Source of the DNA: Patescibacteria group bacterium
GTDB taxonomy: Bacteria > Patescibacteriota > Patescibacteriia > Patescibacteriales > UBA12465
Length of the DNA stretch: 64,000 bases
Assembly: GCA_041658665.1 (NCBI GenBank)
Contig: JBAZZR010000003.1
Location: 4,125 to 68,124, forward strand
Reading direction: 5' to 3'
Below, piece after piece: positions 54,082-64,000 of the stretch. Under the pieces are notes generated by a model. That model saw nothing but the letters and a program-made list of their open reading frames with translations, ran no database searches and had not been told where the DNA came from. The translations under genes were made by a program, and so were the position numbers. How positions within the stretch are numbered: position 1 is the stretch's first letter; each line of letters begins with the position of its first letter.

Positions 54082-54106
54082 ACAAACACTATATTTAACT
54101 TAAACT

Positions 54107-54141
54107 AAAATAACCCTTATAAAGGGTTATTTTAGTTTTTT
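54107..54141 (+). terminator. Rho-independent terminator after rpmA
   Basis: 12-bp stem aaaataaccctt 54107-54118 / aagggttatttt 54122-54133, then T-run 54136-54141. Confidence 0.8.
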
Positions 54142-54218
54142 GATTTAACGGTCAAAAATATTCAATAGTCGGTTTAATACCCAAAAATAGTTGATGAATT
54201 AATCATTATATTTAAATT

Positions 54219-55025
54219 TTATTCTATTGAATCACGAATAAAGTATAAAATACCTCGCTCATAATCAAATAAATCTTGTCTGAAGTTAAGGACGAATCCT
54301 TGCGCGGTCAACAAATTAATAATATATTGACCATTAAACTGGTCATCTAGCCGGTGATATTCTAAAATTATTGATTTTATTTTATTTAATTGTTTAAAAT
54401 TAGATAAAATTTCGTACTCCGTCCCTTCACAATCCATTTTTAACAAATCAATATTTTCTAAATTCTCGCCTCTAAGAAAAGTATCTAAATCAATACTAGC
54501 AACCGCCTCGCCGGCGTTCCCTAAATTATAAGCATTACTGTTAAGACCGGCCGTTTTCAAATATGCCGACCCGGATTTACCGGCCAGCGCCATTTTAATG
54601 GCTTTAACGTTTTGCAAACCATTCAAATTTATATTATCAACCAGTATATTATAATTAGACTGAGCCGGCTCAAAACAATAAACTCTCGAACTCGGGAGCT
54701 TATTTTTAAGATAAAGGGTAAAACTACCAATATGAGCGCCAATATCGATAATGACGGCCTGAGGATTAAGGGCGGGAGCAATAATCTTAAAGGGATATTC
54801 TTGGCCACTTAAAATTGTAACGACCTCATGTGCGTCCACCGTATTGCTACGGACTTTAATTTTTAAGCCAGAATATAATTTCAAAATAAGATAAGGCCCG
54901 GAACTGAGCTGTAAATAGTCTAAACCAGCGGAAACAAAATTCCTAACCGTTATTAAAGTCAGTAGAATTTTATTAATCAAGCGCCATAAGTGGCTATGAG
55001 CTCTCCAAGCATAAATATTCAACAT
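54219..55025 (-). CDS. FkbM-family SAM-dependent methyltransferase
   Basis: VIIDIGAHIGSFTLY (motif I), CFEP, and MDCEGTEYEIL, typical of FkbM-type methyltransferases. Confidence 0.7.
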   Translation of the reverse strand: MLNIYAWRAHSHLWRLINKILLTLITVRNFVSAGLDYLQLSSGPYLILKLYSGLKIKVRSNTVDAHEVVTILSGQEYPFKIIAPALNPQAVIIDIGAHIGSFTLYLKNKLPSSRVYCFEPAQSNYNILVDNINLNGLQNVKAIKMALAGKSGSAYLKTAGLNSNAYNLGNAGEAVASIDLDTFLRGENLENIDLLKMDCEGTEYEILSNFKQLNKIKSIILEYHRLDDQFNGQYIINLLTAQGFVLNFRQDLFDYERGILYFIRDSIE

Positions 55026-55027
55026 AT

Positions 55028-56710
55028 TTATTTACCGGCTTTTTTGCAAACTTTAATAAATTCCACAAAAAGAGGATGAGGCGCCAAGGGCCGAGAAATA
55101 TATTCTGGATGAAATTGAACGCCCACAAAAAAAGGATGATCGCTTATTTCAATTGCCTCGACGATCTGACCATCCGGCGAAGTCCCAGCGACAGTCAAAC
55201 CTAATTTTTCAAACATCTCCCGATAATCATTGTTGAATTCGTAACGATGCCGATGACGCTCAGAAATTATTTTTTTATCAGTAAAGCGAGAATAAGCTCT
55301 AGCGACATGGGTTTCGGCCACTAACTGACAGGGCCAAGCCCCTAAACGAATCGTCCCCCCATAACCCTTTTCTTTAATTAATTGCTCCTGCCCCGGCATG
55401 ATATGAATGACCGGATTTTTAGTTTTATTATCAACTTCCGCCGAGTTAGCATCAGAAAGCGCGGCGACATGGCGAGCAAATTCAATAACGGCCATCTGCA
55501 TCCCGTAACATAAACCAAAATAAGGGACTTTATGAGTTCGACAATACTCGATAGTTTTTATCTTCCCTTCGGCGCCCCGTTTCCCCCAACCTTGGGGAAC
55601 AATAATCCCATCTAAGCCGCGCAAACTTTCTTCCCCCTTCTCTTCGATATCTTCCGCACTCAACCAATTAATATTCGCGTGGCACCGATTTTCGGCGGCC
55701 GCATGTTTAATCGCCTCAATAACGGAAATATAGGAATCCCCTAAAGAAAAATTACCGCTCGCAAAATACTTACCGACAATACCAATATTAACCAGCGGCG
55801 ATTTTATCTTAGAGGCCGCCACCATTTTTTTCCAATCCTTATTATTACTCCGCCGTCGGAGCGGTAAATTAAATTTTTCCAAAATTCGTTCGCTCAATTT
55901 ATCTTTCTCAAAATTCAAAGGGATATCATAAATCGAATCAACGTCGGGAGCGGCAATAACCGCTTCAACCGCTACATTACAATTAATCGAAAGTTTTTCT
56001 CGCCGCGCCATATCAATCGGTTGTTCGCTGCGCGCAATTAGAAAATCGGGCTGAATACCGGCCCCCTGCAAATTACGGACAGCGTGCTGAGTCGGTTTAG
56101 TTTTCATTTCCCCAATCTTATTAGGAATAGGCAAATAAGAGACAATAACAAATAAGACGTCCTTCGGGTGATATAATTTCATCACTCGAGCGGCCTCTAA
56201 AAATAATAAATTTTCATATTCGCCAACCGTACCGCCGATTTCAATAATCATGATTTCCGCCTTAGTCTTTTCGACGGCCTTATCTATTCGCTCCCTTATT
56301 TCCTGAGGAATATGAGGAACAACTTGAACGCACTTTCCTTTATACTCTAAATTACGTTCTCGGCTAATGACCGTCTGATAAACTCGGCCGGTAGTCATAT
56401 AATTCTCCCGATAAATATTCTTATTCAGGAATCTTTCATAATTACCAATATCTTGATCGGTTTCATCGCCGTCTTCCGTTACGAAAACCTCGCCGTGTTC
56501 AATGGGATTCATGGTTCCGGCATCCACATTAATATAAGGATCCATTTTAATCGAGCTCACGTTATAACCGCGGGCTTGAAGAATTTGGCCGATTGAGGCA
56601 GTGGTAACTCCTTTACCAACCCCGGACATCACACCGCCGACCACAAAAATATATTTGACAGTGGCTCCTTTTTCCTTCCCCGCCGGAGCGGACTCTTTTT
56701 TTCCTGACAT
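55028..56710 (-). CDS. pyrG: CTP synthase
   Basis: KYIFVVGGVMSGVGKG, DPYINVDAGTM, GATase GLCYGMQ, HRHRYEFN and QFHPE. Confidence 0.95.
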   Translation of the reverse strand: MSGKKESAPAGKEKGATVKYIFVVGGVMSGVGKGVTTASIGQILQARGYNVSSIKMDPYINVDAGTMNPIEHGEVFVTEDGDETDQDIGNYERFLNKNIYRENYMTTGRVYQTVISRERNLEYKGKCVQVVPHIPQEIRERIDKAVEKTKAEIMIIEIGGTVGEYENLLFLEAARVMKLYHPKDVLFVIVSYLPIPNKIGEMKTKPTQHAVRNLQGAGIQPDFLIARSEQPIDMARREKLSINCNVAVEAVIAAPDVDSIYDIPLNFEKDKLSERILEKFNLPLRRRSNNKDWKKMVAASKIKSPLVNIGIVGKYFASGNFSLGDSYISVIEAIKHAAAENRCHANINWLSAEDIEEKGEESLRGLDGIIVPQGWGKRGAEGKIKTIEYCRTHKVPYFGLCYGMQMAVIEFARHVAALSDANSAEVDNKTKNPVIHIMPGQEQLIKEKGYGGTIRLGAWPCQLVAETHVARAYSRFTDKKIISERHRHRYEFNNDYREMFEKLGLTVAGTSPDGQIVEAIEISDHPFFVGVQFHPEYISRPLAPHPLFVEFIKVCKKAGK

Positions 56711-56713
56711 AAT

Positions 56714-57985
56714 TTATTTAGTTTTAATTTTATTGACCTTGGTATTTACCTTTGGTTTTAGTAATTCTAAGGCTTTATTAAACTGCGGATCTAAATTTTT
56801 ATCAAGATCAGTCGTACTTAATTTAACTTCAATATTCGGTTTTATTCCTTTTTCATGGATAAAATCTCCCGCCGGCGTTAGCCATTTCGCGATGGTCACC
56901 TTCAAAGACGCCCCGCCGGTCAACTCTCGAATATTTTGAACCGAACCTTTTCCGAAGCTAGTTTCTCCAACAATAGTCGCTTTCTTATAATCCCGCAGGG
57001 CACCCGCTAAAATTTCCGAGGCCGAAGCGCTCCCACCATTAATTAAAACAATCGTCGGAAAATCTTTAAGACGAGGATGGCCGCTAGCCTGGTATTCATT
57101 CTTATGATTGTCGCTGAATTGTTCAACCACTACGGGACCAAACTCAACCCACTCACTGGCCATCGCGACCGCCGTTTCTAGATACCCCCCCGGATTATTA
57201 CGTAAATCTAGAATAATTCCCTTCGGATTTTTAAGGAGAGCCAGGCTCACTGCCTCATTAAATAAAGCTTCCGTATCATCATTAAAATTACTGACCCTAA
57301 TTACGAGAATGCCATCGGAGCGTAATTCAGTCTTGACGCTTTTTACAATAATAATAGAGCGAGTAATCGTTATATCGCGAGGCTTATCTTTACCGCGAAT
57401 AATAGTCAAGACGACTTTAGTATTTTTTGGCCCACGAATTTTTTTAACAACTTCATCAACCGTCAAGCCTAAAGTCGACTTCGCATCAACGGCATATATT
57501 TTATCGCCGGAACGTAAACCCGCTTTCTGAGCCGGCGTCCCGTCTAAAGGCGCAATCACTGTAATCACATCACCGCGCATACCGACTTCCGCTCCAATTC
57601 CTTCGAACGTTCCCGCTAAATCGTCAGCGAACTCTTTCGCTTCTTTAGGATCCATAAAAACCGTATAAGGATCACCGGCCGATTGGGCCATCCCCTTTAA
57701 AGAACCGTAAAATAAAGCTTGATCGGTCACTTTACTCTTATCAACAAAATTACTTTTTAAATTATCCCAAACCTCCCAATATAAATTAAAATCTAAAACA
57801 CTAGAAGCCGTGCTCGTCGCATTATTTTCGGCCTCCGGAGAATAGGCGAGCGATCGCTCAGCCCTCATAAAACGCCCGCCCTTATTTTGCCCCAAATAAA
57901 ATCCGCCACCAAAAATAGCGCCCAAAAAAATGAGGACAAAAACACTTAAACTTATTTTTCTTAAAATATCCTTATTAATAGTCAT
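56714..57985 (-). CDS. Carboxy-terminal processing protease (S41, PDZ-containing)
   Basis: TM anchor, PDZ (AGLRSGDKIYAVD), LDLRNNPGG, GGSASASEILAGAL and SFGKGSVQ. Confidence 0.88.
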   Translation of the reverse strand: MTINKDILRKISLSVFVLIFLGAIFGGGFYLGQNKGGRFMRAERSLAYSPEAENNATSTASSVLDFNLYWEVWDNLKSNFVDKSKVTDQALFYGSLKGMAQSAGDPYTVFMDPKEAKEFADDLAGTFEGIGAEVGMRGDVITVIAPLDGTPAQKAGLRSGDKIYAVDAKSTLGLTVDEVVKKIRGPKNTKVVLTIIRGKDKPRDITITRSIIIVKSVKTELRSDGILVIRVSNFNDDTEALFNEAVSLALLKNPKGIILDLRNNPGGYLETAVAMASEWVEFGPVVVEQFSDNHKNEYQASGHPRLKDFPTIVLINGGSASASEILAGALRDYKKATIVGETSFGKGSVQNIRELTGGASLKVTIAKWLTPAGDFIHEKGIKPNIEVKLSTTDLDKNLDPQFNKALELLKPKVNTKVNKIKTK

Positions 57986-58035
57986 AATTAAAAAATAAAA
58001 TATTTAACTAGTTTAAACTCGCCAACCGCTAGTAG

Positions 58036-58644
58036 TTATTTTCTTAAAATAAGAGGTGCGGCCGGATTACGTAAATCAATTAAACGAGACGGTTTTTTTC
58101 GCCGACATTTTCCGGCGTCAACCACCAAATCGAAATCGCGTTTAACGGTCGGAAAATGTGCATAAAGTTCTTTTAAATCGGCAATCGGCGCCACGCGGCT
58201 AATGTTCAGGCTGGTTGAGACGAGCGGCGTGCCAACTCTATTCAGTATTTTAATCAAAAATTTACTTTTAGGCAAACGCAAGGCTAACCCGTCAGAACCG
58301 CCGGTTAATTCTGGCGGTAGCTGTCGGCGATGATAGAGAATAACGGTCGTCGCCCGCACTCCTGAACGCCAATATAATTTAAGCAGCTGCTCTTGCCGGC
58401 GGGAAACAAAAACATATTTTTTCAACATGGCTAAACTACTAACTAAAACGGCCGACGCGGTTTTCGGATCGCGTTTTTTTAAACGATAAATATGTTTAAT
58501 TGCCGCCTGATTGCTCGCCAGACAGCTAAAGCCATAAATAGTGTCAGTCGGCAAAACGACAATTTTGCCCAGCTTTAAATAACCGGCAACTAAATTTATA
58601 ATTGCCGGCCGCTCCTCAGAAGGATTAATCGCTAAATACATCAT
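58036..58644 (-). CDS. tsaC: L-threonylcarbamoyladenylate synthase (TsaC/YrdC/Sua5 family)
   Basis: VVLPTDTIYGFSC, LALRLP, PLVSTSLN and PSRLIDL motifs of the YrdC domain. Confidence 0.8.
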   Translation of the reverse strand: MMYLAINPSEERPAIINLVAGYLKLGKIVVLPTDTIYGFSCLASNQAAIKHIYRLKKRDPKTASAVLVSSLAMLKKYVFVSRRQEQLLKLYWRSGVRATTVILYHRRQLPPELTGGSDGLALRLPKSKFLIKILNRVGTPLVSTSLNISRVAPIADLKELYAHFPTVKRDFDLVVDAGKCRRKKPSRLIDLRNPAAPLILRK

Positions 58645-58648
58645 GGCT

Positions 58649-59164
58649 TTAAATAATAGATTTAAGAGCTTTCAGCGCTTCGGGCAAAACCGGTAAAATT
58701 ATATTAACAATTTTTAAGAGAAAGGGGGCAATAACCGAGCTAAGCAATTGATCGCCTAAATAATCGCTAATTAATGAATAACGAGAAACCACGTAGATTA
58801 TCAAGCCGAGAAATAAAGATCCTTCCAGGAACCCGAGTAAGCCGCCCAAAATATTATTAATATAACGGCTCCCTGGTATAACAGCAATAAAATTAAACAG
58901 TTTTTCAATTAAAATAAATAAGAGATTAGCTAAACGAGTCGTTAAAACAAATAGAATAATAAAAGATAAGATTCGTCCGATATTAGCGCTGACATTAACG
59001 AAGCGGTGCCCCCAAGTATAAAAGGCTAGATAAAAATGACTGGCTAAATAAGCCCCGAGAATTAGAGCAACCACGTTCCCTAAAATTTTAATCAGCCCCT
59101 TAGATAGTCCATTAAAAATAAAGGCAGCGAGAATGACCAGCAAACTGATGTCAAAAATAGACAT
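58649..59164 (-). CDS. CvpA-family membrane protein
   Basis: Four TM helices and N-terminal DISLLVILAAFIFNGLSKGLIK, typical of the CvpA/colicin V production family. Confidence 0.65.
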   Translation of the reverse strand: MSIFDISLLVILAAFIFNGLSKGLIKILGNVVALILGAYLASHFYLAFYTWGHRFVNVSANIGRILSFIILFVLTTRLANLLFILIEKLFNFIAVIPGSRYINNILGGLLGFLEGSLFLGLIIYVVSRYSLISDYLGDQLLSSVIAPFLLKIVNIILPVLPEALKALKSII

Positions 59165-59176
59165 ATATTTAGATAA

Positions 59177-60619
59177 TTATAAACGAGGAAATAGGCTTTC
59201 CCCTTTTTTTATTTGCGTTTGGCTAAACTGTTCTTGAATTTGAGCGGCGGAAACAGGTAAAAATGGCTCTAATAAATAAGCTAAATTAAGAATAGTTTGT
59301 GCTAAGGGGATAAGGATGGCGGACTGAGCGACTTTATCCACGATTTTCCAAGGCGCTGTGCGAGTAAGAATTTCGTCACTAACTTTTAATTTTTCTCGAA
59401 TTAAGTTTAAACCTTCGTTAAAACGATATTCCGACATCTTTTGCTCAAAATTAGAAACTAATTCTTGACTATCAGGGTTTTTTAAATCAACTTTTAAACT
59501 AGTAACAATATTATTCTTTTCCAATAAATTAGAAACACGCGCCACTAAATTTCCCAAACCATTAGCCAAATCGGCGTTATAACGTTCCCGAAACTTATCC
59601 GTCGAGTAATCGCCGTCCTCAAAAGGCGGTATTTCTGATAATAAATAATAACGTACGGCGTCACTACCGTATTCGTCCGCTAAAGCATAAGGATCGACGG
59701 TATTACCTAGGCTTTTACTAATCTTCTGACCGTTGACAGTCAAAAACCCGAAAACTAAAACTTGAGTAGAATGAGGTAATCCGGCTGATAAAAGCATCGC
59801 CTGCCACATCGCGGCCTGCGGCCGTAAATTATCTTTACCGCAAACCTGCAAACCCGGCCAATATTTTTCAAAATTTTTTAAATCCTGCGGCCAGCCAAGA
59901 GTCGAAACATAATTAACTAAAGCATCGAACCAGACATACATCACTTGGCTATCATCGCCCGGCACCGCGACGCCGTGCGGCATTTTTTCTTTGACCCGAG
60001 AAATACTAAAATCCTGCAAACCACCGGCCACAAAAGCACGAATTTCCTTCAAACGACCAGCCGGCAGAACAAAGTTTGGTCGCTCATCATATAATTTTAA
60101 TAGTTGATTTTGATATTTAGAAAATCGAAAAAAGTAATTCTCCTCTTCAATAATTTCTAGTTCCCGATTAGGATGGAGCGGGCAATGATCATCTACTAAT
60201 TCGGAGTCGGTTTTTTCCAGTTCACAACCGACACAATATTTAAGCTTATATTCTTTCTTATAAATATCGCCCTGCGCGGCGCAACGACGCCAGAATTCTT
60301 GCGCGGCAGCTTGATGACTCGCTTCAGTCGTACGAATAAATTTATCATAGGATAAATTTAGTTTTTCTTTTAATGGTAGAAATTTAGCGGAATACAAATC
60401 ACAATATTCCTGAACCGCTAAACCAAGCTCCTGGGCCTTTTGATAAATTTTCCAACCATGTTCATCCGTGCCAGTATTAAAAAAGACGTCTTTCCCCCGT
60501 TGGCGCTCATAGCGGGCGACAACATCGGCTTTAATAATTTCCGCCGCAAAACCAATATGCGGCTCGGAATTAATATAGGGTAAAGTAGTGGTAATATAGA
60601 AAGTCTGGTTCTCTCTCAT
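59177..60619 (-). CDS. metG: Methionyl-tRNA synthetase (short form without C-terminal tRNA-binding appendix)
   Basis: TTLPYINSEPHIGF (HIGH region), CVGCE...CPLH zinc knuckle, KISKSLGN (KMSKS). Confidence 0.9.
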   Translation of the reverse strand: MRENQTFYITTTLPYINSEPHIGFAAEIIKADVVARYERQRGKDVFFNTGTDEHGWKIYQKAQELGLAVQEYCDLYSAKFLPLKEKLNLSYDKFIRTTEASHQAAAQEFWRRCAAQGDIYKKEYKLKYCVGCELEKTDSELVDDHCPLHPNRELEIIEEENYFFRFSKYQNQLLKLYDERPNFVLPAGRLKEIRAFVAGGLQDFSISRVKEKMPHGVAVPGDDSQVMYVWFDALVNYVSTLGWPQDLKNFEKYWPGLQVCGKDNLRPQAAMWQAMLLSAGLPHSTQVLVFGFLTVNGQKISKSLGNTVDPYALADEYGSDAVRYYLLSEIPPFEDGDYSTDKFRERYNADLANGLGNLVARVSNLLEKNNIVTSLKVDLKNPDSQELVSNFEQKMSEYRFNEGLNLIREKLKVSDEILTRTAPWKIVDKVAQSAILIPLAQTILNLAYLLEPFLPVSAAQIQEQFSQTQIKKGESLFPRL

Positions 60620-60634
60620 AACTATTTATTAAAT

Positions 60635-61342
60635 TTATTTTTTAAGTAAAACGACGAATTCTCCTTTTAAATTATGAGGATCTTTTTTTAATTCGGCTAA
60701 AACTTCACTAGGACTCCCCTCATAAAAACTTTCGTGTAGTTTAGTTAGCTCCCGCGCCACGCCAACTAGTAACGGGGATTTCATCTCTTCGCTCATCTTT
60801 GCTAATTCCTCTAGGAGTTTGACGATGCGGTGTTTTGATTCATAAACTATCGCCGGATAAAGGCTTTTAAAAATTTCTTTAAGCAGCGTCTGTCTGCCCT
60901 TTTTATGAGGTAAAAATCCTAAAAATAAGAAACGATCAAAACCAGCCCCGGTAATCGAAACCGCCGCCGTCAGCGCCGCCACCCCGGGGATGCTTTCAAT
61001 TAGAACCTGACTGCCCAAAGCGGCGCGCACTATTGAAACCAACTTACCGCCGGGATCAGAAATCCCCGGCGTACCGGCGTCAGTCGTCAGCGCTAAATTT
61101 TTCCCCGCTTTTAAAAGGGCAATAATTTTATCGACTTTTAAATCTCCCGAATGCTGATGATAAGAAATAGTCGTCGTTTTTATTTGATAATGGTCTAAAA
61201 GTTTTTTAGTCACCCGCGTATCTTCGCATAAAATAAAATCCGACTCCTTTAAAACCCGTAAAGCCCGTAAAGTAATATCCTCTAAGTTGCCAATTGGCGT
61301 AGCCACTATTCTTAAAGTACTTATAGTAGTCCTCATAATCAT
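60635..61342 (-). CDS. rsmI: 16S rRNA (cytidine1402-2'-O)-methyltransferase
   Basis: VATPIGNLEDITLRA, CEDTR, AGTPGISDPG and ESKHR motifs of RsmI-type tetrapyrrole-methylase-fold enzymes. Confidence 0.85.
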   Translation of the reverse strand: MIMRTTISTLRIVATPIGNLEDITLRALRVLKESDFILCEDTRVTKKLLDHYQIKTTTISYHQHSGDLKVDKIIALLKAGKNLALTTDAGTPGISDPGGKLVSIVRAALGSQVLIESIPGVAALTAAVSITGAGFDRFLFLGFLPHKKGRQTLLKEIFKSLYPAIVYESKHRIVKLLEELAKMSEEMKSPLLVGVARELTKLHESFYEGSPSEVLAELKKDPHNLKGEFVVLLKK

Positions 61343-61357
61343 TTAGTGATACAATTA

Positions 61358-63244
61358 TTAACCCAGATTTTCTCGGCGCTCCCGGGCATATTTCGTCCAG
61401 TCTTCAGCAATTTCTACCAGCACCTTGAAAGGCGTTTCGATAATAAAATCAAATAAAAATATAAAGATATTAATTTTGGAAAAATTACTCGACAGCCAGC
61501 GCCCGGCTAAAATAATCGGCATGTAAAATAAATCCAATAAAAAAGTAATAATATTTTCTTTGCGTTCAACGACCGTGAGTTCTTTTATACCTTTCGTGGT
61601 CATAATACTAAAGAAACTAACAAATGCTAAGAAGAATAAGAAAATAGTAATACTCACCCAGTTGAAATGAATTAGAGCCAGCAACCGAATAATAAAATAA
61701 ACGGACACACAAAAAGCCGCCATATAAATTAAATTGAATAAACCATCTTTTAACCAGTTACGTAGAGCGGGACGACGTAAAATAATCGGCTGTTTACGCT
61801 CCTCGCCAACCAAAGCGATCTCCTTAATACCGCTGATAATTTTTTCCGTATTGTCAGTCTTAGGAACACGAATAAGCATGACAATTAAAAATAATAAAAC
61901 AGCCGGAAAACAGACATTAATTACTAAAGATAAGATATTGAGGGGTTCACCGAATAATTTAATGGCCGGCACTTCTATTAAAAAAACAAAAATAGATTTA
62001 GTTAAGAAAATATAGATGATACTACGAATCGCCGCCCGCCATAATCTCTGTTTAGCCCGGTGATACTTCTTCTGGCAAATTTTAGTAATCGCCGCCGTAA
62101 AACTTTTTTGGCCTTTCTCTAGCTCACTATAAAACTTAACGGGATCATCGTTAATTGTTTCCACTAAAATAAAGGAATAAAGGGCATAACGTTTAACGAT
62201 TTTGTCGAGTTGTTTAACTAGAGGATGATGTAATTGGGTATTAATCGTCTCTTTTAACGTCACGATATTCTTGGCCAGCTGGTGAATTTTTTCCGTATCC
62301 GCGACGCTCGCTGGCGCCTGTTCGCTAAGCTCTAGCCATTCGCTGTTGTAATATTTAAATAAGACGAAACTGAGCATGTCTTCATCAAATTTCAAAAAAT
62401 TACGGGCAATACTCAAATAAATCTGGATTTCTAAATCTTCGCCATATGGCAAATCACTAGGTAATTTTATATTCTTCGATAAAAAAACAAACAAATTATT
62501 AACGATAGTCTGTTTGACTTTATTGGGCGTTAAATTTTCTTCAATTTCACAAGCGGCCAAATTCAGAAGCCAGCGGACTAGCTGATTCTTGCTATTGATT
62601 AAATCCTTAGCCTTATTAATATCCGTCTTCAAGCTTAACTCGGCGTTAATCTGAGCAGCCACCTGATTCTTTAGACTAATATACTTATCGAGCATCCGGC
62701 CTAACTCAAAAATCTTCTCCTCCGGGATCTGATTATTATCTAAATAACTACCCCGAATGAGTTCAATTAGTAAATGCTCAGCAATCTTAGCAGTATCATT
62801 TCCCATCACCACGCCTTCAATGACCACCTGACGGTGAAGAATCCGAGCAATCGCGTTTTTACGTAGTAAATGTTCTTCATCATAATCGACCGCATTCCTT
62901 ACTTTCTCATAAAAAAAGGACAGCCGGGAAATTAAAGTTGAAACCTTAATCACCGCGACATTATCATCCTGATTATATTTCTTAGAAATTTCACTATAAA
63001 TAATCTGCAACAACTTCTTAGTATCATCATTTATCTCCAGGGGCTGGCTAATTTCAATTTTTCTGCTTAAATTTGGGCTAACCATAAATAAATTTATAAA
63101 AAAATAGCAAATACCAATATCTAAAATAAAGCTTAATTCCATTTTATCTTGTTTATCTTTAAAAAGCAATAAATATACGACTAAAAACCGGATTCTGAGG
63201 ACCAGTCGGATAAAATTCAAAATGATCTTAACAATACTTGACAT
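61358..63244 (-). CDS. Large hypothetical protein: about 380-aa cytoplasmic helical domain plus about 6 C-terminal TM helices
   Basis: ORF plus hydrophobicity pattern only. The start is uncertain (internal ATGs at MELSF and MVSPN). Confidence 0.35.
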   Translation of the reverse strand: MSSIVKIILNFIRLVLRIRFLVVYLLLFKDKQDKMELSFILDIGICYFFINLFMVSPNLSRKIEISQPLEINDDTKKLLQIIYSEISKKYNQDDNVAVIKVSTLISRLSFFYEKVRNAVDYDEEHLLRKNAIARILHRQVVIEGVVMGNDTAKIAEHLLIELIRGSYLDNNQIPEEKIFELGRMLDKYISLKNQVAAQINAELSLKTDINKAKDLINSKNQLVRWLLNLAACEIEENLTPNKVKQTIVNNLFVFLSKNIKLPSDLPYGEDLEIQIYLSIARNFLKFDEDMLSFVLFKYYNSEWLELSEQAPASVADTEKIHQLAKNIVTLKETINTQLHHPLVKQLDKIVKRYALYSFILVETINDDPVKFYSELEKGQKSFTAAITKICQKKYHRAKQRLWRAAIRSIIYIFLTKSIFVFLIEVPAIKLFGEPLNILSLVINVCFPAVLLFLIVMLIRVPKTDNTEKIISGIKEIALVGEERKQPIILRRPALRNWLKDGLFNLIYMAAFCVSVYFIIRLLALIHFNWVSITIFLFFLAFVSFFSIMTTKGIKELTVVERKENIITFLLDLFYMPIILAGRWLSSNFSKINIFIFLFDFIIETPFKVLVEIAEDWTKYARERRENLG

Positions 63245-63314
63245 GCCGATAAATATTCTGTATCATTTTATTAGATAAAAAATGGCCTTTAGGGCTATTT
63301 TTAAATAAAATAAT

Positions 63315-63500
63315 ATGAACAAAATAGTAAGCTATATCCAAGAATCAATCGCGGAAATGAAAAAAGTTACCTGGCCGACTAAAAAAGAAACCTATAACTA
63401 TACTCTACTCGTTATCGGCATCAGCCTGGGCGCCGCTATTTTCCTAGGCATTTTAGATTACCTTTTTACTTACGGCTTGCAATTTATTATCAATAAATAA
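63315..63500 (+). CDS. secE: Preprotein translocase subunit SecE
   Basis: 61 aa, KKVTWPTKKET followed by a single TM helix, directly upstream of nusG. Confidence 0.85.
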   Translation: MNKIVSYIQESIAEMKKVTWPTKKETYNYTLLVIGISLGAAIFLGILDYLFTYGLQFIINK

Positions 63501-63586
63501 TTTCGTTCTTAAATTTATTAACCAGCGAGTCAGCGAGATGAAAATTTATTTTCATTTCCGAGCGAGAGCTAGTTAATATCAACGCT

Positions 63587-64000
63587 ATGGCCAAACAACT
63601 TTTAAACCAAGGTCGCCGCTGGTACGTTATCCACACTTACTCCGGCTATGAGGAAAACGTCACGCAAAATTTAAAACAAAGGGTCGAGTCTCTCGACATG
63701 GAGGACAAAATTTTTAATATTCTAATTCCCACGGAAAAGAAAATAAAAATTAAAAATGGGAAACGTAAAGTAGTCGAGGAAAAAATCTTTCCGGGCTACA
63801 TTTTAGTCGAGATGGAAGTGACCGACGAATCCTGGTATATCGTCCGCAATACTCCTAACGTCACGGGCTTTATCGGCACGGGCACCATTCCGACTCCTAT
63901 TAGTGAAATCGAAATCAAGTCTCTTCAGAAACGGATGGGCGTCGAGGATCCTAAATTTCAAATCGACGTGGCGGTTGGCACGCCGGTTCATATTAACGAA
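63587..64000 (+). CDS. nusG: Transcription termination/antitermination factor NusG (3' end outside window)
   Basis: My translation from the ATG at 63587 gives MAKQLLNQGRRWYVIHTYSGYEENV ... FPGYILVEMEV ... VRNTPNVTGFIG (NGN domain), with the KOW region beginning at the window edge. In frame to nt 64000. Confidence 0.9.
   Translation, partial: MAKQLLNQGRRWYVIHTYSGYEENVTQNLKQRVESLDMEDKIFNILIPTEKKIKIKNGKRKVVEEKIFPGYILVEMEVTDESWYIVRNTPNVTGFIGTGTIPTPISEIEIKSLQKRMGVEDPKFQIDVAVGTPVHINE

Noticed and set aside
63501-63586. Imperfect inverted repeat (ttaaccagcgag ... gagagctagttaa) between secE and nusG as a regulatory RNA
   Set aside because: The pairing is imperfect and no T-run follows it. secE and nusG are normally co-transcribed, and I cannot distinguish this from chance structure.
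1-64000. tRNA, rRNA, IS element or CRISPR content
   Set aside because: I inspected all intergenic gaps over 60 nt by eye. None showed tRNA-like GC-rich cloverleaf arms, rRNA-like sequence, terminal inverted repeats with a transposase, or repeat-spacer periodicity. Absence is not proven without tRNAscan/Infernal.

Overview
AT-rich, gene-dense bacterial chromosomal window with about 60 protein-coding genes. I recognised no rRNA, tRNA, CRISPR array or IS element. Domain-minimised repair proteins, many membrane-anchored orphan proteins, a DUF4012-like protein and very short intergenic gaps fit a reduced-genome Patescibacteria/CPR-type organism; this lineage call is inference only.

Housekeeping content:
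- Translation and tRNA: rplJ-rplL behind a structured attenuator leader, rpmA, gltX, serS, metG, tsaC-like, rsmI.
- Replication, repair, transcription, secretion: uvrB, uvrA and uvrC within 7 kb, dnaX, pyrG, a DEAD-box helicase, a Xer recombinase, an FtsQ-like protein, secE and a partial nusG.
- Envelope locus (about 27-37 kb): O-antigen-ligase-like protein, two GT4 glycosyltransferases, a Wzz-like protein and a TagA/WecG-Nudix fusion.

Most interesting observations:
1. A translationally coupled three-gene cassette at 2030-6120, behind a 253-nt leader. It encodes a free-standing reverse transcriptase with a VGDD catalytic motif, an ABC-exporter-like protein whose ATPase site looks degenerate, and a membrane-anchored PLD (HKD/HHD) enzyme. 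I cannot assign this composition to a described retron, DGR, group II intron or DRT type.
2. A split NOX/ferric-reductase-type electron-transfer cluster with an ApbE flavin transferase and Ca-binding extracellular modules (6271-9588).
3. Three GC-richer monocistronic surface-protein genes, each with its own promoter and terminator, interleaved in the glycan locus. One looks like a beta-barrel outer-membrane protein.
4. An orphan VirD4/TraD-like ATPase co-oriented with a small ferredoxin, a small orphan protein, dnaX and serS.

All functional calls rest on motif reading by eye. No database search or computation was run.
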